From Chrysomallon squamiferum (lineage: Eukaryota > Animalia > Mollusca), in assembly GCA_012295275.1 (NCBI GenBank), contig CM022677.1:10664001-10728000 (forward strand): a stretch of DNA of 64,000 nucleotides, written 5' to 3'. Under the pieces are notes generated by a model that had not been told where the DNA came from, made no database searches, and was given only the letters and a program-made list of their open reading frames with translations. Position numbers and translations under genes: made by a program. Shown one piece after another: positions 54,334 to 64,000 of the stretch (position 1 is the first letter of the stretch; each line of letters opens with the position of its first letter).

Positions 54334-56032
54334 CATACATACAAAAACATATCATCCACCCTCATATACCAATGCTAACTGACACACAAACACTGAAAAT
54401 GAACACAAACCGTTTTGCAGTGTTTTTCTGTGCCTTGCTTTGCCTGTGACAGTGAAGCGTGTCTGTGTGAGGGACACTGCTGTCTGCTGTACAGCTGTCT
54501 GTGCACTCTTTCTCATCCTTCTTCTTTCCCACATCTTCTTTCTTCCTGCACTCCTCCACAGCTCTCTTCCTAAGAAAACACAAAAATTAATTTTTTTGTT
54601 TCCTTTACTGAAGAGAAATTATCTAAAACTCACAACATCCCTCTTTCTAACAAAATACAAAAATTATTTTTATTTATCTTTTTACTGAACAGTCCAAAAA
54701 TCACAATTCCTTTACCTAACAAAATAATAATAATAAAAAATAATAATAATAACTTTTTTATTTTATTTTTTTCCTTTAGTGAACAAATTCTGTAAAGAAC
54801 AAAAATAGTCTAAAAATCAATTGTTACTGTGAAAGGGATAGGTAAATAATACAATGATATGAAGAAATAGTTGAAACAAGCCATGTTAACATTTGGGGTA
54901 ACTTAATGGGAGGGTATTCAGTATAATGATATGAAGACATAATTAAAATCATTAAACTATTCTAAACTCTTAGGACTGCTGTTACTGGGAGGGTATGCAA
55001 TACAGTGATATGAAGAAATAATCTAAACCAATCATTCTAAACTCTTAGGACTGCTGTTATGGGGAAGGTACACAATACAGTGATATGAAGACATAGTCTA
55101 AACAAATCATTCTATACTCTTATGACTGCTGTTACAGGGAGGGTACACAATATAGTGTTATGAAGAAACAGTTTAAATTCTTATAATAATCTACTGACTG
55201 CTATATGGCATATTACAAACCTTTATTTGAAAAAAGGGATGTGAAAAAAGTAGGACAACTGGTCTAAATATGTTTTTCATATTCAGTGTCTTTGTGGTTT
55301 ATGTACATCCATGTGTAATTAGCTTTTTAGTGAGCAAACATTTCTGTGATACAACCAAATAATACATAAAATTTAAAAGCAATAAAAAACAGGTAAAATT
55401 TAACTGCTTCATTAATAATTTTTTGTTTAATAATTTTAATCTACATGTGATATTTATTAAACACATTAAAAATATATTTAAAAAAAAAATTAAAAATGGA
55501 AAAGAAAGTTTAAATTACCTTGCAGCTTCTTTCTTCAAAATTTCGTGTTTCATAAACAAATTTTTTCTCTCTATGAAAGTTTTTCTTACCCTGTACCCAC
55601 GAAAAGCTGACTGAAAAGTTAAATAATTTTTATTTAATTAAAATTATTATTAATTTATTCATTTGGGGTAATTTATTCATTTGCCATATAAATTGATCTA
55701 TATGTGTGTGGATGTGTATGCACTAGTTTGTGAAGTGTGTATGTGTATAGGTAAATATGTTAGAATCAATTAATGCACTAACCTGTATTTTCTGGGCAGC
55801 AATATCCTGAATTCCCGTGATAGACAGAGCTCCTTGTTCTATCATGTACTGGGCTACATCGTGGTGTTCTCCCATTAACGCGTAGTCCAGTGGAGTATAT
55901 CTGAGTAACAATAATAAAGTATTTCTGATTTAACCTGTTCTATCCCAATTTCACATTTGTGAACGGAAAATGCCTAGCAAATGATTGTCTGCTAGCAACA
56001 TCCATAGCTCATATGGTTCTGTCATGTGGGTG

Positions 56033-56077
<45 letters not shown>

Positions 56078-56870
56078 TTTAATTCCAAAACACGATAAAT
56101 GCAAAAATCTAAATTTAAAAAAAAAAACACAATCAGAAGTTCAGCATTTGACAGCTTTTCAATGCCCCATCATCATTTTCCCCAAAAATCTATATGCACT
56201 GCTGATCTATACAGTAGACTATAGACCTTTGTTCCATAACGTGATAAACTCCAGACCAGAAATAGTCATTTTTTTCAAAACAAAGAAATAGATTTATAGC
56301 ATTTTTGAATCAAACTCTTCGTATCATTCTGTCTATATTACTCTGTAACCGTTTCTTTCTCTCCCTCTCTCTCTTTCCATATGTCTTTTTTCTCTTTTTC
56401 TGTGTAAAAATTAATTAATCCTTTCTGTACCAAATCATTACCTGTCTTCTGTGAACTCCAAGTGGTTGACGTAAGCCATGTGTTCCAGTAACAGTTTCAC
56501 TGTGTCCATGTGACCTTTACTGCATGCCCAGTGTAAAGATGTCATCCCCTTAAAGACATTTAGATATATATATATAATCAATAATAACATACTTATATAG
56601 TTATTTTAATAGCTATTCAAGATAATTTTTTTAGATATTGGACATTATATTGGCTGTTTTGTTAAGTTTTTCAGTTATTACTTTAGTGAATTTATTCTGG
56701 ACTTGATTTGTGAGGATTTTGTATTACAATTGCTATTACTCTAGTTTGTTTTATCTATAGAATTCTGAAGATATTGCACACTATATTGGCTGGTTTGTTA
56801 AATAAATAGGAAGATAGAACTTTTGATTTGTAATGTGCAGATTTTTTCCTGATTTTTTTACAAATGATAT

Positions 56871-56947
<77 letters not shown>

Positions 56948-57279
56948 TTACATATATATAATCAATAATAACATACTTATATAGTTATTTTAATAGCTAT
57001 TCAAGATAATTTTTTTAGAGACATTAAGTTAAGTTTTTCAGTTATTACTTTAGTGAATTTAGACTTGATTTGGAGGATTTTTGTATAACAAGAGTTTGAT
57101 CTATAGAAGAAGAGATTGGCTGGTTTGTTAAATAAATAGGAAGATAGACAGAGAGACAGACAGTGAGAGAGAGGGAGAGTGAGAGAGAAAGAGAGAGAGA
57201 AGAGAGAGAGACAGAGAAGACAGAGAGAGAAAGAGAGAGAGAGAGAAACAGACAGAGACACAGAGAGAAACAGACAGAG

Positions 57280-57312
<33 letters not shown>

Positions 57313-58457
57313 ACTACCTCACTGTCCTGTGTGTTTGGGTCTGCTTTGTGTTCGAGTAGAACTGACATACAGTTGACGTAGCCGCCATATGCAGCACACT
57401 GGATTGGTGTACGACTGAAACACAGCATCAATAAATACAACTTAACTTCTTTATACACAGAAACACGTGCGAGCCAGTCAGTGAGGTGTAGGTTTGTGTT
57501 TGTGGGACTGAGAGTTTGAGTGGTTTTGTGTGTTTGTCTGTGTGTGTGTGAATCATATAGCAAAAAACAAATAAATATAAAACAGAATAAAATAAAATAG
57601 AGAGTAGCAAGTGTTTGTAAATATATGAGTGATAAGTCTTTATCTATGTATATATTTATGTGTGTCTGTGTGTGTGTGTGTGGATGTTTTTATGAATATC
57701 TGTAGGTATGTATGTATGACAGTCTGCCTTCTTATCTTTCTATCTGTCTGTATGGACTAGTAGATGGAGGCATATAAGCTTTTACATACATGTGAAATGA
57801 TGGGTAAAATAACTGGTGGTTATTTCAGTTATAAAAAATTTGTTGTAGAATTTACCCAGAGTTGTCTCTTATGTTAGGATCCACTCCGTAGGTTATCAGA
57901 GTTTGACAAATATAGGCATGGCCACCAAGAGCTGCCCTGAACAAAGAAAAAATATATATTTATATAAATATATTAAGACATTAGTAAATGAATAGTTGTC
58001 TTTCACTACTTGTGAAGACACAGGATTAGTACAGCTCACATTCAGATACTCTGTAAATGCATACAATAGAATGAAATTAATTAATGGTATACACATAGCA
58101 GTGGTGTAATTAATTACACTGACCACTTAACGCTATCACAACAAGTCTACTCTGTATTATCTATTGTTGATAATAAACAGATTACAAAACCAGGAAGACA
58201 GGAAATGAAATACAGTTGTTTTTAGCAATAAGCACCTGCCACACAAGCAAAGATAGCCTGAGTTAATCTTTCAGGATCTGGCTAAAACGGAACCACTACC
58301 AAAATGGAACAATTTTCTTTGGCTAGGCTATATGGCAAGAACATAATTTTCCATAATTATTCCATAGCCAAGGTAACAAAATCTGATTTTTCAAAAGTTT
58401 TAAGGTCTTGTTTAAAAACTGTGACAAATTTCCTAAACTTTCCAAAAGACGAACTCT

Positions 58458-58497
<40 letters not shown>

Positions 58498-61400
58498 TTA
58501 ATACATACATGATTAATGACAAAAGCACACATACATACAAAGACAAGAACAGATGTACACTTAAAAAGAAAAAAAGAAGATAAATAAAGATTAACTTTGT
58601 TTTTGATTGTACATAATTGAAAATATACAGAGAGAAAAAAAAAATTAAAAGATTGAAAACTAGTTTATATACTGTTCTACATGGTTTTCTACAAGACTTG
58701 AAATTTATATTCTTACATTCACAGAATCCTTTTCAGTTACAATGTAAAAATCAGTGTTACTCTTGCTTTCAAAACTCCTGTATAACATTCCTACTTAAGT
58801 AAAGACAGGACAGTAATTACCAGTGTAAAGGAGACCTGCCATCTTGATCCAGTATGTCAACTTTTGCTTTGTTGTCTATTAGAGTGTGTACCACGTCAGT
58901 GTGGCCCATTTCACACGCCCTGAACAGTGGGGTGTGCTTCATCAAGTCCGGGCAGTCTATCTGTGCCCCGTGGTCAAGCAGAATCTTGACCGTAGAGGAG
59001 TGACCAGAGAGCGAGGCAGCATGGAGAGCTGCAATATAAAAACAGGGTTGAGTTAGGCATGTTTCTTTTATGTAAAGTTGTCAACATGTCTTACACATCT
59101 GTCAACCTTGTCAATGTCAACTGAATGAATTTACTTCACATCAGCTTGTTCAGTGACAACTTAATATCTTACATGCCTATTATTCTATTTTATGTAAATC
59201 TGCTTAGAATCATTTGAATGTGTCATATGTCTATTTTGTGTCAACCTACTTAATGTCAACTCATGAGTTACCTGTCTGTATTACAGGACAACCTGCTCAG
59301 TGTCCTGATATGTTATCTGCCTTTAGTAATTAATATTAGTGAGGTTTTATATTTTCCGTTGTTTTTTCAGAATACTCAAACATATGGGAAATTCTGCTGC
59401 AAAAAAAGTCTGATTTATTTTCAATGTCAACTTGTTCAATGTCAATTTATTGTCAGTTTAATTATCTTTTATATTTTTGTCAACCAGCTGTCTTAATCAA
59501 TGTCTTATTCAGTATGCTCAAACTGATTAAATAATATAGGAATAAAATATTTTAATGTCATTATCAACATACCTGTGCCACCATTTTTGTCAACCTGCTG
59601 AATGTCGACTAAATGTCTGAGGAAAACTCTGATGACATCGTCGGCACCTTTCCCTGCGGCCCACATGAACGCTGACCTTCCCTCCACATCAGACTCGTCA
59701 GTAACAAACTTCCTTGATAAAAACACCTCCACTGTGTCCTGCAAAACATTTGGAATATTATCTTTTTCATACATTTATAGTTTAAATGGCAAAGATGTGA
59801 GAAACCTCCCCAGGGTACACATGCCACATTTAAACTATTATTATTATTCTTTTACAGTACCGTACTATGCAACAGTTTTAAATGGTTTTAAAAAGAAATT
59901 AAATTCATTTTGAATTATAACATAATATGTGGCAATTGTTTAAATTTACTAGAGATATTTCTAAGTTGTTGTCTCTGTCTATCTGTATCTCTCACTCACA
60001 ATGTGTCTCTATAACGTTTCACTGACAGTGTCTCTTTCTTTATCTTATTCACAGAATCTTTCTTTGTCTTTCTCTGACTTTATTTGTCTCTATAATTTCT
60101 CTCTCTTGGTGATATCTGTCTCCCTGTGTATCTTAATCTGACAATGACAATAATCTGACAATAATCTCAAAATATCGCTAACTTAAAATGTCTCTCAGTG
60201 TCTCTGTATCTGTATTTGGTTGTCTGTTTGACTGTCTCTTTTTGTGTCTTTCACTTCTTAACATTTTCGTTCTCACTCAATGTTCTCTCTTCAACACACA
60301 CACACACACAGACAACCATATATACACACACATATAAAATATGCATTAAATTACCAGCTATTATAATTTGAATCTACAAAGTGATATTCAGTTATTGTAA
60401 AGTATGTTTATTTACTACAGGTATGTAATAAACTAAATGTAATAAACTAAATAGTTCACTCACATCATAGTTGTTCTGAGCTGTATAGTGATGTTCAGTT
60501 ATTGTAAAGTATGTTTATTTACTACAGGTATGTAATAAACTAAATAGTTCACTCACATCATAGTTGTTCTGAGCTGTATAGTGATGTTCAGTTATTGTAA
60601 AGTATGTTTATTTACTACAGGTATGTAATAAACTAAGTAGTTCACTCACATCATAGTTGTTCTGAGCAGCGTAGTGTAACGCTGTAGCACCATTTGAGTC
60701 TGAACTCGTGTAATCAGCGTTGTTGTCTAACAGAATTCCAACTATCTTTGAATGTCCTGAAAAAACACTGGTATTAATAACTAAAGGTATTTATCTATGA
60801 TAGATAGTCAGATAGACAGATAGATAGATAGAGAGATAGATAGATGGATAGATACATAGATTGATTGATAGATAGATAGATAGATAGATAGATTAAAAGG
60901 TATCTTGACAGAAATAGATGAGACAGAGATAGCTAGACAGATGATACTGATAGATAAATAAATATAGATAAATAGATCAGTAGATCAGTAGATTAAAAGA
61001 GAAACAGAGAAATAGCTAGGTGATGAGATTCGGTAACAGATAAAGATAGATAGAAAGGTGGACTAAGAGAGCGAGACAAAGAAAGCTATCAATAGCTTCA
61101 GAAAAAGATAAAGACCAAGTATGAGACAAACTCAGAATTTAAATATACTTTATATGTTTTTTATACATGGATTAAAAACAAGGATGTAACCAGTGTTTAT
61201 CAGAGAAATGAAAAGCACTAACCTAGAACAGCTGCCCAGTGTAGAGGAGTACGAAACATGTTATCTAAAGCAGAAACATTACATTTCTCAATGGAAGTCT
61301 GAAAGAGAAACAAATGCATAATATATATATACACATATATCAAAGTGTATGAATACATGTTTTGTGTGCCTGTATGTATGAGTGTGTGTGTATCTGTGTG

Positions 61401-61747
61401 ACTGAGAGAAGATAGAGAGATACAAAGAGAAAGAAAGAGAAAAAATGATGAGATAATAGACAAACAGACAGATTAATATATAGGTAGATAGACTGATACA
61501 GAGAAAGATTTATACATAGACAGACAGACAGATACGTAAGTAGCCTGGTGGACGGATAAACAGAGTGAAATGAAACAAAACTAACAAGCAGGTTGACAAT
61601 ACTCTCGTTGCCGTCTGCCACTGAGAGGTGTAAAGCTGTGCGTCCTTCGTAATCCTGCCAGTTTATAACACTTGGTGTCGTCTGCTGTAAATAAACATGT
61701 CTTACTCTATTTACAATAATTTTTTTATATGTATGTAAGCTGCCCAG

Positions 61748-61788
<41 letters not shown>

Positions 61789-63389
61789 GGCCTTTACATA
61801 TACACACATATGCATACAGAGACAAACACTTGCTATACACACAAACACACACACACACAACACACACACAGACATACACACACTTACTTATTTAGACTTA
61901 CAAGAATCAAGCGACTTACATATACACACATATGCATACAGAGACAAACACTTGCTACACACACACACAAACACACACAGACATGCACAGACACAGGTAC
62001 ACACACACATATTTATTTAGACTTACAAGAATCAAGCGACTTACATATATACACATATGCATACAGAGACAAACACTTGCTACACACACACACAGACAAC
62101 ACACACATTTATTTAGACTTACAAGAATCAAGCGAACACACAACACAGCCTGAGGGTCGCGACTGCTGGCTGCCCAGTGAAGAGGAGTTTTTCCTTCAAT
62201 GTCTGGAATTCCAATATTAGAGTCTTGTTTTATCAACATCTTTACATGCTCCAAGTTGCCATATGATGCAGCCCAGTGTAATGCAGTCCTCTGAAGTTAT
62301 TATAATTTCAAATGAAAAACATATGAGTGTAATGCAGTCCTCTGAAGTTATTATACTTTGAAATCAAAAAGACTGCTAATGAAAAAGGAAACATGCTAGC
62401 AGATTGTGGGTTAAAATTAACATTTTTTTAAATTAGCTTGGCCACAACAATCCTGCAGATATGCAAATAGTGCAGTTTCTCAGAACAATTACAATAATTT
62501 AGTTTAATCATGAGACTGATGTAACTTGAAACTCCATTTAAGAACAGTAAAATCTGATTACTCTATTCTAGCAGGCCCACTATGTCTCCAAACTGCTAAA
62601 AACATACTAGTTATAGAATTTAAGGATCATGCTACTACCCATGTAAATAATGAGATACTATTACAGTATTCTACTACTACATGCCACCAAATCTTTCTAA
62701 TTACCACTAAAGCCAGTGTAAATCTAACTACTACAGTATTATAATATCCTCTATGCTTTTTAAGAATGTCTAAAACATATAAATTGTGGTTATAACATAC
62801 ATAATATTCAAAATAAGTGTCTAAATTTAAATGTATTTCAAAAAAACCATGTAAATCATTCTAACAACATTATGATTATATTTTACTGCAAAATAATTTT
62901 GTTAATAAATACTTATTTTGAATGTCAAATTCATACAGAAATCAAATGCTTGCCTTATTTTTATCCTGATCATCCATCTCACCAGGAGTGAGTTGCCGTA
63001 GCAACAAGGCCATGCATTTTGGTAGTTTGTGCCTGGTGCATAAATGAAGAGCAGTCTGACCTTCATTGTCCTTGATTCTGCAGTCTGCTCCCTTTGATAG
63101 TAGAAGTTTGAGTAGTCGATAGTTGCCCTGAATGAATGAATAAATGAATAACCAACATATACTAAACATGTATGATCTAAATAAGTAAATAATTAACCAA
63201 ACTAACAACAAAATAGAGGGAACATAGAACTGTCATCTGTGCAGGTGATATCCAAGTTTCTTGATACTGAATAAATAAATAAATAAATAAATAAATTCAT
63301 CTTCCATGATAGTATCATAAGGTACGCAAAAAAATTATAATAAATAAATAAATAAATTTGATATCTATCCGTCTCCGTCTCTCTCTGTC

Positions 63390-63421
<32 letters not shown>

Positions 63422-63771
63422 ATACTAGATCATACTAATTGTATTTACTAGCTCCTTCTATACCTATTAAAACAAACACACACACACACATTCCCCAGTC
63501 AGATACACACACTGTCACAGACATATACTAACTGGCATCCTAACACCCTCTGTAAATAATCACAGAGAATAAGTACAAAAACAAAAAATTATTTTAACAT
63601 TTACTTTATGAGCTGCCCAGTGCAGGGCAGTTCGGCCTCCCTTATCTCTGAGGTTGACATGGCAACCAGCCTTGATGAGTAACTCAGCACACTCCAGCCT
63701 GTCTGCCAGAACACAGAACATGAGAGGACTCCGCCCAAACTGATCCCCAGTGTCAAGGTCAAACTGACCAG
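47852..63771 (-). CDS. INVS: Inversin (ankyrin-repeat and IQ-motif protein, nephrocystin-2 orthologue), 5' end beyond the window
   Basis: Minus-strand exons 63771-63605 (DQFGRSPLMFCVLADRLECA), 63127-62954, 62290-62123 (KQDSNIGIPDIEGKTPLHWAA), 61684-61586 (INWQDYEGRTALH), 61298-61223 (DNMFRTPLHWAAVLG), 60756-60650, 59738-59573, 59028-58821, 57936-57856, 57414-57318, 56548-56442, 55900-55783 (YTPLDYALMGE), 55610-55519 (IQSAFRGYRVRK), 54569-54411. Less certain exons follow near 52.7, 51.3, 50.8, 49.9-50.05, 49.3, 48.9 and 48.4 kb, then terminal 47925-47852 (TGA). The motifs match recalled vertebrate inversin sequence closely. Confidence 0.93.
54823..55180. repeat. ~75-bp intronic minisatellite, about 5 degenerate copies
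   Basis: TCTAAACTCTTAGGACTGCTGTTA-like motif recurs at 54961, 55036 and 55111. Confidence 0.8.
60385..60668. repeat. ~93-bp tandem triplication including an INVS exon end and splice donor
   Basis: TTCAGTTATTGTAAAGTATG...CACTCACATCATAGTTGTTCTGAGC repeated at about 60387, 60494 and 60587. Confidence 0.85.
61790..62135. repeat. ~100-125-bp tandem triplication including an INVS exon end and splice donor
   Basis: TATTTAGACTTACAAGAATCAAGCGA occurs three times (~61890, ~62015, ~62112), with CA-rich spacers. Confidence 0.82.
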
Positions 63772-64000
63772 CTGTTGGATATGAAAAGAGAATTATTTAT
63801 GTTGTAAAGATATTTGTAAGTTAATTAATTTCATAGAAAATTAAAATGTACTAACGATAATAATAATAACAACAACAACAACAATAATAATAATAATAGA
63901 ATAGTAGTAATGATAATAACAACAATAATAATAATAAAGACAACAGTTATAAAAATAAAAATAACAAAATAACAATGACAATAAAAATATTAATAGCAAC

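Overview
This is eukaryotic, AT-rich, microsatellite-dense animal genomic DNA (invertebrate-like, probably lophotrochozoan; taxon not determinable here). Most ORF-track entries are microsatellite or antisense artefacts, so genes were rebuilt exon by exon from GT-AG sites. Bases 1-47.4 kb hold a tandemly duplicated two-gene cassette on the + strand. Gene S appears secreted: Cys-rich EB/EGF-like modules (inferred from the S2 copy), a Thr-rich mucin stalk, a 4-Cys ShK-like domain and a canonical 6-Cys ShKT domain. Only the 3' part of S1 is in the window (1.2-5.5 kb), and S2 (24.8-30.3 kb) is a pseudogene. Gene M is a type I membrane protein: signal peptide, four Cys-rich triple-module units, an ETGTSTTS mucin stalk, a TM helix and a tail with FNNPSF. 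M1 is intact (9357-22873, ~1325 aa); M2 (34354-46320) has lost its mucin-exon donor. The membrane-distal exons of M1 and M2 differ almost only at nonsynonymous sites, and one exon is shared identically between M1 and the S2 pseudogene, a pattern resembling a diversifying recognition/defence locus. Bases 47.8-63.8 kb hold a convergent minus-strand inversin (INVS) orthologue, 5' end outside the window, with a GC-AG intron and several tandem duplications of exon-intron junctions.
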